DNA of 64,000 nt from Tetramitus jugosus. Its lineage: Eukaryota > Protista > Heterolobosea. The translations under genes were made by a program, and so were the position numbers. Below the pieces are notes generated by a model. The model was not told the DNA's origin and did not search any database. It saw only the letters and a program-made list of their open reading frames with translations. Positions 46,948 through 57,506 of the stretch are shown here, in pieces (the stretch's first letter is position 1; each line of letters starts with the position of its first letter). Location of the stretch: NCBI GenBank assembly GCA_937625935.1, contig OW569379.1:248001-312000 (forward strand), in the 5' to 3' direction.

Positions 46948-48930
46948 TTAGGCACGTTGTTTGATCCAAGATGTCAAGGAATCCAACTGCAGTTGTGCTC
47001 TCTCTTCTGGCAGTAACTGACTTGCAAAGTGTCTCACGAAGCTTAACAGGCTGGAGTGTTTGGGCATGCGAGCCTCTCCCTTTTGAGTTAATTCCAACAT
47101 CTGATTGATCACAACAATTTTGTGTGGCTTAATCGAGGGAGCAACTGAAGAATCATTTGGATTGACAACCTGCAGTTCTAAAAAGTAGTTAAACATGGAA
47201 GCAACATCGCCCTGTGACATGCCGGTCGATCTGCACAAATCACACAACAACTCGAGTGATATCTCTGGTAGATTGAGAAACAGTGCTTCTCTCAGAATTC
47301 TCTTGTAGAATGTTTCAACCTTGAGTCCAGTGCTATCCTCAATAGCAAAATCAATTACAGAGGTCACTTTGTTGCTACTGTTATTGTTGTTGGTACTGTT
47401 GATGTTGGTGTTGTTGAACCGAGATGGTGATTGCAAAATTGGCTTGAGGCACTTGTCTCTCACAGATCGATACATGGGCATCAAATAATCCATGTGCTTC
47501 TTATTCCTGACCAAATGACTCATACCAGACACGAAATGAATATTGATATCGAACGAGTTTTGTGGTATATCGTTCAACAAGTATTGCCATGCCTCTTCAA
47601 ACTTCATCTCTCTTCTGAATGCCTTGAACAGTCCAACATAGGCCCATGCACTTGGATTGATGCCCATGCGCCGCATGGTCTCCACAAATCGAACGGCATC
47701 ATCCGTCTGACCACACACACCAAACACTTTCATCATGCTGGTGCACAGATTGTGATCTGGTATGATACCACTCTGAACAGCACGTGCAAACACGGTGTGA
47801 GCACGAGAGAGATCCTGTTGTTTGGCACATCCGTTGATGAGACTGGCAAATGTGTAGGCATTGGGCTGCACTTTCATCAACTCCAAAATCTCCATGGCTT
47901 CATCCAATCGACCCGTCTGCACCAACGAATCAATAATCGTATTGTACGTGTGCAGTGTAAGGGTGAGACCAGTGTCAATCTGTGCATCCTCTGCCAAACA
48001 ACAAATCAACTTTTTTGCCTCATAGAACTGTCCATGATCATAAAATGCTTTCAACATGGTATTGTAGCTCACAGTGTCCATAATGTTGTTTTGAGTCTGA
48101 TTTTGACTCTGATTACTGTTCTTCTGTTGATCATGATCCAAAAAGGAACGCACATTTTGCAAGTGCACATCACGTATCGAATAAAAAATGGTGGACACCA
48201 TTTTCATGTTGACTTGATTAAATGATGTACCATTGACAAAAACGATACCTTCACCACCATCGGCACCACTCAAATTTCGCTTCTTGTACCCATAGTTTTG
48301 TTGTTGTTGTTGTTGTTGTTGTTGTTGATTCTCAACAGTAGTAGCAACAGCACTATAATTGTATTGTTGTTGCTTGTACGAGAGAGAAGCCTGTTGCAAC
48401 AAGCTCTTCAACAACACATTGAATACCATACTTCGCGTATCAATAGATTCTCTATTGTCTCCATTAATAAAGTGAATGGAATTGTTACTATTGTTGGTAC
48501 TATTGGTACTACTACTACTGTTAGTACTACTGCTACTGCTACTGCTAGTACTATTGCTACTATTGTTATTCTTCTTCTGATGTTGTGGATTTTGATGTTG
48601 AAGAGTAGAAGATGTAGTAATATCAGCCACATAATCAATTTCACTCTTTGCAAACTCATCAAACATGACTAGTGCTCTCTCTACTCGACCACTCTTGACC
48701 AAATATTCCATCATCATGGTCAGTGTTCTCACATTGGGTCTCACTCCCATTCGATTCATGACATCAAACGTTCTAAACACTTGATCCGTCTGATTCATGT
48801 GCATGTGACACAACAATAACAAGTTGTAGATTAATGTGTCTGGTACAATGACTTTTTTGTTGTTGTTGGTTGTTGTTGTTGTTGTTGTTGTACTGCTGTT
48901 GTTGTTGTTGTTGTTGTCATCACCTCCTGG

Positions 48931-48964
<34 letters not shown>

Positions 48965-49884
48965 GTAGTAGTAGTAGTAGTAATAGGTTGATCAACAACA
49001 ACAGAAGAAGAAGTAGTCGTAGTTGATGATGATGATGTTAATGGTGAAAATGAATCATCATCAGCATCCACACACAATTCATGGAATAGTGAGAGAGCCA
49101 TTGGTGCATGTCCAATCTTGACATAGGCATTCATTCGACTGCTGAACACAATGGGAGATGATTGAACGAGTGGTGCAATCACTTGATTCAACAACAATTC
49201 ATCCACTTGTTTCACATTGCTCAACAAGCGAGGATTCTGAGAATTCAAGTGATATGCATGTGATTTGTTTGAAGAACTGTTGCTGTGATTGGTGTTGTGA
49301 CCACTACCACCATTGTTCTTGGATGCCATTTCATACAAGAGAGTAAATGAATGATTGTTCAAGTGTTTCATGTTTTGTGTTGCATAATGAATGGCTTGTT
49401 GAAATGGTTCTGTTTGATTCAGACTATTGTTGTTATTGTTATTGTTGGTATTCTTATTCTTATTATTGTATTGATGATGATTGGAGATACCATTGGCACG
49501 ATACAAGAGAGTAGTGAGATGTTTGTTGACAAGAGCATTGGGTTCTCTTCTCTGAGGAGGAATAGATGATGATGATGTATGATTTGCATTTGATTTTTGT
49601 TGTGTTTTACTCTTGTTTTTGGTGTTGTTACTGTTGGGAGTAGCAGGAGTAGCAGTAGTAGTAGGAGTAGTATCAGTAGGAGTAGTAGTTTGATTATTCA
49701 TGGTAGAATAGGATGCAAGTGAAAGTGGCAATACTGCTTGTTGCAATGAATGATGATGATGATGATGATGATGATGATTGATAGAGAGAAGAGAACAACA
49801 CCGTATTGGATCACTTCTGCTGCTGGTGCGACTCGAGGTCAATTGTCTCTTGAGTGCATGAGACAATCTCCTATTGAAAATCAT
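46948..49884 (-). CDS. Pentatricopeptide repeat (PPR) protein, probably mitochondrial
   Basis: 35-aa repeats such as PDTLIYNLLL..., TYNTIIDSLVQTGRLDEAMEILELMKVQPNAYTFASLINGCAK; first ATG 49884 begins an Arg/Ser-rich presequence. Confidence 0.9.
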
Positions 49885-50046
49885 TTGTTGTTTTTTTACT
49901 TTAAAAGAGAGAGAGTTGTTGTTGTTGTTGTTGTTGTTGTGATTCACGTGACTTGCACAGTAGGGATAAAGTCAAAAATGTTTGTGTGAAAATGATTTTT
50001 TTTATTCTGGGCGTGAAGATGCTCCGCCGCATTTTCTTTTTCGCCG

Positions 50047-51558
50047 ATGGGTTGTTGGTTCATGGATGTGATTGAATTCCTGCAGCAGAAGTATCGAGAG
50101 AGGTTGATGGTGATGTCAACAGATGAAGGATCACATGGCAAACTTCTGAGAGAGTTGAATGTTTATGGCATAGGGTACGATCAAACTCATCAAACTGGAT
50201 TCAATCGTTCGTACTATAAACAGATGAACAGTGAGCCCTGGAATCTGTCCACAGATTCAGGAGCTGCTATTGTCAGGTCATTTACCCAAGTGGTGCAATA
50301 TGGCTCAATGGGACAAGAGTTTGCATCTGAACAAGAACTGTTTGAACCAGGTGAGCATGTTGTCCATGTTTCATGTGCTGAGAATCGCTCGCTGTTTGTC
50401 ACCAACCATCGTCGTGTGTTCTGCTGTGGAGAAAACTCTTGTGGTTGTTGTGGCTTGTCAAACACCTTTTCCATTCTGGAGCAAGTGACGTTGATACCTG
50501 AGTTGTCCAATTGTAACATTGTGGAAACCAAGTGTGGAACTCTTCATTCGTTTTTCATCAGTGAAGGATACAATTCAGTGTTTGCATCAGGATCGAACAA
50601 CCATGGTGAGTGTGGATTTTCCAATGGAACGAAGCTTGTTTATGGTGTGGTAGATGTGGGACACATTGATGGTAAAAAGTTAAAGCACGTCGCACCTGGT
50701 GCACTTCACACAGTGTTTGTCACCATTGATAATTGTGTTTATACCTCTGGGCTTTGTACGTTTGGCTCGCTGGGTCAAGGTCACATGAATCAACAAGGCT
50801 CAATTCCCGTCAAGTTGAACCATCCTGATCTAGGTGGATCGAAGGTCATCAAGAGTGCAGTGTGTGGTCTATGGCATTCAATTTTGATTGCAGAGGATGG
50901 ATCAGCTTACGCTTGGGGATCCAACGAGTACTTTCAATGCGGTTTAGCTTCTTCTCCACAAAAAGGGATAGTGAGTCCAGCTTTGGTGACTGGTATCCCT
51001 TCATGTGAGAAGCTTGTTGATGCAAGATGTGGAAGTTGTTTCACTGTGTTTCGAACACTGTCAAACAATTTTTATGCTTGTGGTGAGAACGATCATGGTG
51101 CTCTGGGACTTTCTCATGCTGCAATGCAATCCATTATAACTCAGATTCCTCTGTCAATTGGAAATGTGGTAGATTACAACTGTGGTGCATGTTTTACTGT
51201 ATTTACAACAAAGGAAGGAGGTATCTATACATGCGGCTATAGAAAGTAAGTATTCTTGATGTTGTTCATTGTCCTGCTCGGTATTTAATTGACTTTTACA
51301 ATGGATGGTGATAATAGTAAGTTGGGATCTCTCTTATTTCAATTCCATGATAGCAGATTGATAGGTAAAATGTGTTTACCTTTGGTTGCCAAGGTTGAAT
51401 CAGACAGCAGCGAACTCCATGTTGCCTGCGCCCAAAGTGGCTTCCACACAATGTTGTACAGTGTTCCAAAGATTCCTTCCATTGTCCTGCCAACCCAACT
51501 ATTTACCACTCAGCAAAAGAAACTATTGTGTGATATCACCGTTGTCATCAAGAAATAA
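50047..51558 (+). CDS. RCC1/BLIP-II repeat protein (exons 50047-51245, 51318-51558)
   Basis: Multiple RCC1 repeats (CGLWHSILIAEDGSAYAWGSNEYFQCG, CGSCFTVF...ACGENDHGALG); intron 51246-51317 (GTAAGT..TAG) restores frame. Confidence 0.87.
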
Positions 51559-52014
51559 TACTGCTCTATTTGCAAAGACTATCTTCAAGCGAGGAGTTTC
51601 CTCATTGATTCGTTGAGACTCAGAATGATTCATGTCGGATTTGCGCGTGGGTTTGATCTGACTTCAAACAACCAACTTGGGTTCAATGACCATGACCCAA
51701 TCGTACTACAGTTATGAATGTTACAGGTTCAATGTCTATCACAAAATTCCATGGATTCCATTTCCATGTTTAGTATAAGGCTCGCGTTCAACTACAGTAG
51801 ACTGGACAGAAAAAAAACGTCTATCAGATGAGGAATTCCCCGGGAAGAGTCCATTTATCGGATGACAACCAGTGAATCCCTGCCCAGAGTGACGTACTCA
51901 ATAAGAAGCTTACACTTTGTTTGGTGGAATCAAAAAACACATCAATCGTCCCCGAACCATAACACAAAGGAACACTCTATCATCACTCCAACATACCACA
52001 ATCTTCACAGCACA

Positions 52015-52704
52015 ATGCTTGGCAGCCTCAACAACAAATCATCTTCTTCTCCATCCGTTTCCGCTTACGGTGTATCTTCTTCTACTACGACCACTGGTGA
52101 GACATCTCCTAGAAGACCAGTCAACCTGTCACGAATCATGAACGATAAGCAAAACAATCGAAAATTTCAACTCAACTCAAGAACAAGGAGTCATTCCGAT
52201 ATTTCCCACGAAAACAACAATCACCTTTCGCAACAAAGAGTCAACCAACCACTCAACCATCATCAACATCAAAGACATACAACAGACAACAATCATGTAA
52301 GTGTGTTTGATATGGCACCACGTGAAATTATCATGGACTTCTCTCAGACGTGCAACCGAAGAGAGAAGAGAAGCCTGGACGAGCAAGTCAAATCCGTCAC
52401 CAGATTCCTCCTCATCCAGAGACACAAATTGGAGAAGCGGAATTTAACTCGGAGTGCACTGGAGCAAGTAGAGTTGTCTGTCATGAGAATGTTTGGCAAG
52501 GAGTTTGTTGCTTCATCAACAGCAACAGCAACAACAGCCACATTACTATCGAATCATGCACCACCACCACACAATCACAGTAACAACAACAGTATGGATG
52601 AACTGAGGAGTATCATTCAAGGCGTGATTAGAGATTTTGCTCCCAATGTGGGATCTGAGAACAGCGCTATGCCTTCACTGGCTTCCATTGACTGGGATGA
52701 GTGA
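52015..52704 (+). CDS. Hypothetical protein
   Basis: ORF with S/N/H-rich N-terminus and a helical C-terminal block; start ATG 52015 or 51862; no family recognised. Confidence 0.6.
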   Translation: MLGSLNNKSSSSPSVSAYGVSSSTTTTGETSPRRPVNLSRIMNDKQNNRKFQLNSRTRSHSDISHENNNHLSQQRVNQPLNHHQHQRHTTDNNHVSVFDMAPREIIMDFSQTCNRREKRSLDEQVKSVTRFLLIQRHKLEKRNLTRSALEQVELSVMRMFGKEFVASSTATATTATLLSNHAPPPHNHSNNNSMDELRSIIQGVIRDFAPNVGSENSAMPSLASIDWDE

Positions 52705-52958
52705 ACTCCCAGGGACACCACTCTCGACGGGATGATGATCTTCTCTCCTTCTCGTCTCCTCCTGAAAGAAGAGCATGAGATGACCTCTCTTTTTCATTGT
52801 TGAACCTCAATGTGACAACAACACTGATTCATGTGCGGTGGACACATACCTTAAAGTCTCGCTAACAACAAGACACACTTTCACAAGCCAACAGCAGTGC
52901 ATTTTTTTCGATAAAAAATAAAAACAATCAAACAATCAAAACAAAACACTCACACGAA

Positions 52959-53252
52959 ATGTCAGCTTCCGAACAATCAACAACCACTCAAACAACAACA
53001 GCAGCAACACATGATGAAAATGGAATTGCTCTCGTGTGTAACATGTGTGGTGTTACCAATGAAGAACTTGCCAAGAGACCTGAATCGACCACCATGGGCA
53101 GCAAGAGATCATTGAATCGATTGAGAGTGTGTTCCGGTTGTCTTCATGTCTACTATTGTGGAGCAAAGTGTCAAAAGGAACAGTGGAATGATCACAAAGA
53201 TGAGTGCAACAGGATGAGAACAGAGAGGGAGAAGAACCCAAGCATGGAATAA
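52959..53252 (+). CDS. Stand-alone MYND-type zinc finger protein
   Basis: CNMC...CSGCLHVYYCGAKCQKEQWNDHKDEC fits the MYND consensus. Confidence 0.88.
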   Translation: MSASEQSTTTQTTTAATHDENGIALVCNMCGVTNEELAKRPESTTMGSKRSLNRLRVCSGCLHVYYCGAKCQKEQWNDHKDECNRMRTEREKNPSME

Positions 53253-53324
53253 AGAAACCCTAACCTCAATTTTTTCAGATTTTTATCGAAAAATGCCGAA
53301 AAAGGTGATATCTAATCATATCCA

Positions 53325-53407
53325 GCACTCTTGTCCGAGCGGTCAAGGAGCCTGACTAGAAATCAGGTACGGGAAACCGTGCGTAGGTTCAAATCCTACA
53401 GAGTGCG
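53325..53407 (+). tRNA. tRNA-Ser(AGA)
   Basis: Acceptor GCACTCT/AGAGTGC, anticodon stem CCTGA/TCAGG with loop CT-AGA-AA, long variable arm TACGG-GAAA-CCGTG, T-loop GTTCAAATC, G discriminator, T5 terminator just downstream. Confidence 0.96.
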
Positions 53408-53511
53408 ATCACCTTTTTATCTGCTATCAATTGTTCGTGAACCACACTCTCTTGCTCATCTCAATGCCCACTAGATGCGACAGATTGTGTTTACATTCAT
53501 TCGGACCTCAG

Positions 53512-54640
53512 GAGGGTTAACCCCGCGAAATAAACCTGACCAAACTACGTCACCTAGGTCCGAATGCATGACAATGGACGGTGGAAAACCCTCGTGGGTA
53601 AGAGTAAACACAATCGAATTTTTTCACTGTCTGAACCACTTGTTGTATTACTTCAAACGTGGTTTTACAAACAACACCACCATAAACAAAACCAATGACC
53701 CTGTCATATCGTGACATTCGTGAAGCCGTCGAGCAAAAAGTTCGCAGAGCAACGGTTGATGTTGGTCAGCTACCTCTTTCGCCATTCGGTTCATCTCGGG
53801 GGTCATGAGCAACCGAAGCACTTTCTTCGGCGTACAGTGTATCTACAACTGTACAAGGATGCGTACCATATTGGTTTCTCCGAGTTGTCGAAGGCAACAA
53901 AAGGTTGGTACAAGGTCAACCATAAAACTCTTGACAGAAACATCAAAAGGTAAGAAAAGGACTGAACACCTGGGGTAGGAGTCAAGTCACTCCTGGGACT
54001 ACTGCTGACTGGGAAAAAGCAACAAAGAAAGTCAAAATTCCAAGAGCCGTCGGAGTGACCACTCTTTGGATCGATTCAACAGATTGTCAAATTGAGAGAA
54101 GAGGAGAGGTACTCAAGAGGCATCCCTGTGTATAGTGGTAAACTAAAGAAGGTAGCTCTGCGAAGAATGGTCATCACTGATGGCAGACGGAGAATTCGAT
54201 TCTTCTCGGATGGATCCACACCAAAGCCGCAGGATTCACACTGGGCGAGAATTCTTGATGAAAGCTTCAGTGGTGTGTTTATTGGTGACACACACTTCTA
54301 GAGGTTCGAACATGAGACTGGATTGAAGTGCTACACACCAATCACGATTTCTGTTGGTCGCACAAAGAAGGGCAATCCCCTCAGCCAAGGTCAAGAAGAA
54401 TATAATGCCAAACAGAGAAGTGTGAGAGCCATTTGTGAAGTCACCTTCGGGGGAATTAAGACAAAGTTCAAGAGTCTCACCACAGCATGGGCTGAAAGTG
54501 ACACCAACAAGATTACCTGTTTTCCATTGCTTGTGGAATACACGTTGAGCCCTAAAGGGAAGTTGTTGTTGTTGGACGAAAAGAACCGAAAAGATGTTTT
54601 ATGTAGGTGGTTTTCCCGTATTTTTTCGGGGTTGACCCTC
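53512..54640 (+). mobile_element. IS5/ISL2-Harbinger-type DDE DNA transposon, decayed (1129 bp)
   Basis: 14-bp TIRs GAGGGTTAACCCCG (53512-53525) and CGGGGTTGACCCTC (54627-54640) with one mismatch; flanks CAG/TAG resemble a 3-bp TSD with one substitution; internal transposase remnant. Confidence 0.85.
53695..54510 (+). pseudogene. DDE_Tnp_4-like transposase pseudogene
   Basis: Stitching frames gives MTLSYRDIREAVEQK...LQLYKDAYHIGF...LWIDSTDCQI...YSGKLKK...FIGDTHF*...LSQGQEEYNAKQRSVRAICEVTFGGIKTKFKSL. Putative catalytic D (54073), D (54287), E (54437); at least three frameshifts and an in-frame TAG (54299-54301). Confidence 0.82.
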
Positions 54641-55026
54641 TAGGATCTGATCCTAAGAACGACAAAAGAAACATATTTATTGAAAGTGTTGTGCCGAACA
54701 TTGGCATTTAAATTCAACAACAATCAAAGAGAAGCCAAACTTTGCGATCGAAAATAGAAAGTTTCTTCAGCATAAGAAAATATGGTTAATGAATTCAAAT
54801 ACTTAATAAGTTATTAAATTTATAGTATTAAATTAAATACATTGTTCAGAACGATCTAGTCAAATCGGAATGTTAGTCTAAACACGGTTGAAAAACTCTC
54901 CCGTGCAATGTCTCAGTTTGCCCACGAAATCTTAGAATCTGCCTAAGCACGGACCAAACGACGAATATTACTTCGACGATTGAGTCATTCTTGACAATGA
55001 ATCATAAAAGAAAAATGGTGACACAA

Positions 55027-56964
55027 TCACGATATGACTTTATCTAATCGGTACATGAAACTTCCCTGTCTCTCCTTGTCTTTCATAATAATGTAGCACT
55101 CTGCATTCTTCTGAACGACTTCAGAATGCACCAAGCCATCCCGTTTCAAATGTTCAATAATCAACTTGGGAGAGAATGTCTGTTGTTCCTTCATTCTTCG
55201 ATGTTCTGCAAAGATCACATCTTGTGCACCCATCTTTGAATAGGTTTGTCTCATGTGGTCATAGGAAGACGCATGAGCCAGTTGTTGTTGCACCATCCAA
55301 TTTCGTCCCAGAGATCCTCCATTGTGAATACTGTTACTTCTGGGACTGTATCCACCATTGTTGTTAGACCCACCACTTCCATTTGCAAGTGAATCAAGCA
55401 ATGGTGATGGCACTGCAGAGGGCGATGATGAGAGATGAGTGAAATTTGTATTATTGGGAGAGCTGCTGTTGCCTCTCAATCGACGAATAATGGATTCACC
55501 GACAGCAGCCATTGACATGGTACGCTTTCTCGGTGTTTCCGCACCACTACTACTACCACTACTGCTGCTGCTGTTGGATGGAGGACTATTAATGTCATGA
55601 TCAGCACCACCACTACCACCACCACCACCACTGCTTGTATTGAGAACAGATTCCATATTGTCCAATGCGTTGCCCTTGCTCGATGAACGAGGCAGGAGCA
55701 TGGACATGATACCACCACCACCACCACCTGCACTGTTCTTCCTAGGCGTTGTACTACCACTACTACTACTACTACTACTATTATGATTATTACTGTTCGT
55801 ATTGTTGTTGGCATCACTGATTGGTACAGTAGCAGCAGTGGTAGCATGACTATTGTTCATGTTGTGAATGCTACTCATTGGTGATGATGATGCTGCTGCT
55901 GTTGCTTGTGATGAAGATGATGCCAGATTGAGTTTGGGAATACCAACGTGCAGCACCTTTGGATTCAGTATGGAATCTCTATTGTTGTTATTGTCTGATG
56001 ATGATGATGATGATGATGGTGATGGTGAAGATGGTGTTGCAGGTGAGAAGAGTGCTGGTACTCCAGTGGCTGTAATGGTTGTGATGGGTGACGTAGGTGA
56101 TGTCAATTGTTGATTCTGCTGCAATTGGAACTGTCTCTGTTTAATCTTTTGAAGATTGATGAGAGAAGTGGAGAGAGCAGAGGGTGGACACGATGATGAT
56201 GACGATGATTCAACATTGGTGGTATTCTGCTGTTGTTGTTGTTGAGTGCTCAATTCACCACCATCATCATCACCATCATCATCATCAGTAGTAGTGGCTA
56301 TACCACTACCATCATACTGTTGTTGTTGTTGTTGTTGTTGTTGTTTCATTGTATTGTCAAATCCAGAGAATAGAGGTACAGCAGATGATGATGACACGTG
56401 CATGGTGTGATGAGGATTATGATGATGATGAATGGGTGGTGATGACGATGATGACGATGATCGATTCATGAGAGTGATTGGATCCATCATTGCATGGTTA
56501 TTGTTGTTATTGAGCATTGAAATCGGAGTCATCATAGTAGTAGTCGAAGTCGTAGTTGTTGTTGTATTGCTCTTGATGAGTGAAAGATCATTGAATGACA
56601 TGGAATGATAATCACGATGAGGATGACTATTATTGTTCATGGCTGTGGTGGACACGGATGACTGTGGTTGTTGATGGTGCTGCTCCACGTGATGACCATG
56701 CAAATCAGATAGACTCTTCTTTTGAATATAGTGATGATTATTATTGGTTGTTGCGCCATTGATAATGGATGATGATGATGATGATGATGATGGTGGTAGT
56801 TGCTGAGCAGAAGAAGAAGATAGAGAGATGGGAGAAATGTGGACAGATGATTGGAGTAGAATGTGACTCATTTCTTCTGAACGATTGTGTGGATGATGGA
56901 TGGCCGTCATTGAAATGGTACCACTGGTACTATTGTTGTTGTTGTTGTTGTTGTTGATGCTCAT
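55027..56964 (-). CDS. Low-complexity (S/N/Q/H-rich) protein with a small ordered C-terminal domain
   Basis: Long ORF from first ATG 56964; only the last ~70 aa (FSPKLIIEHLKRDGLVHSEVVQKNAECYIIM...) look globular; no family recognised. Confidence 0.6.
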   Translation of the reverse strand: MSINNNNNNNNSTSGTISMTAIHHPHNRSEEMSHILLQSSVHISPISLSSSSAQQLPPSSSSSSSSIINGATTNNNHHYIQKKSLSDLHGHHVEQHHQQPQSSVSTTAMNNNSHPHRDYHSMSFNDLSLIKSNTTTTTTSTTTMMTPISMLNNNNNHAMMDPITLMNRSSSSSSSPPIHHHHNPHHTMHVSSSSAVPLFSGFDNTMKQQQQQQQQQYDGSGIATTTDDDDGDDDGGELSTQQQQQQNTTNVESSSSSSCPPSALSTSLINLQKIKQRQFQLQQNQQLTSPTSPITTITATGVPALFSPATPSSPSPSSSSSSSDNNNNRDSILNPKVLHVGIPKLNLASSSSQATAAASSSPMSSIHNMNNSHATTAATVPISDANNNTNSNNHNSSSSSSSGSTTPRKNSAGGGGGGIMSMLLPRSSSKGNALDNMESVLNTSSGGGGGSGGADHDINSPPSNSSSSSGSSSGAETPRKRTMSMAAVGESIIRRLRGNSSSPNNTNFTHLSSSPSAVPSPLLDSLANGSGGSNNNGGYSPRSNSIHNGGSLGRNWMVQQQLAHASSYDHMRQTYSKMGAQDVIFAEHRRMKEQQTFSPKLIIEHLKRDGLVHSEVVQKNAECYIIMKDKERQGSFMYRLDKVIS

Positions 56965-57506
56965 ATTGTTATGAGTGTTATTATTGTTGTATTCTTTGGC
57001 AATTACTGATTTGTTGCTTCTTTTAGTGTCGTGTGTTGTTGCCAAACAAAATAGATATCACTCTCCTTTCTCTCAAAAAGTCCTACCAATAAGATGTGAG
57101 GTGGGTGATGAAGTATAATTACAATTGCACACTTTAAAATGACAAGTTCTTTTTGTGTGTTGTTGCTGTTGTGCAAGAAGTTTGTTTTATTGGCACGCGG
57201 GCTTCGCAAGAATTTCAATTAGGCCTCTACTTCGGATCCCATCGTCAAACGAAAAAAAATTTTGTGACGCGTGACACGCAAAAGACATCAAGTGGGATTG
57301 AAAAGAGACGTGTGTGGTTACTTTGGCCAAAGTGATGACAATTTTAGCTGAGAACCACATCAAGCAAATGGTCTACTCGCTTGTTCTATCCCCAAGTTGT
57401 GAACGATTTGAGCTGTTGTTCTTTTCTTCTTTCTGCCATTTTATTCAGTGTGTTGTTGTTCGGATGTTTGTTGTTATTGTTTGGTTGTGTGTGTTGTGAA
57501 TATTGC

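Noticed and set aside
47431-48225. 264-aa antisense ORF, and similar shadow ORFs such as 28357-28914, 58781-59218 and the same-strand alternative frame 60675-61388
   Set aside because: They overlap well-supported genes and arise from codon bias or trinucleotide repeats; no recognisable motifs.
54780-54845. AT-rich patch with a short palindrome (TTAATAAGTTATTAA) after the DNA transposon
   Set aside because: Low-complexity AT sequence produces such palindromes by chance; no further structure.
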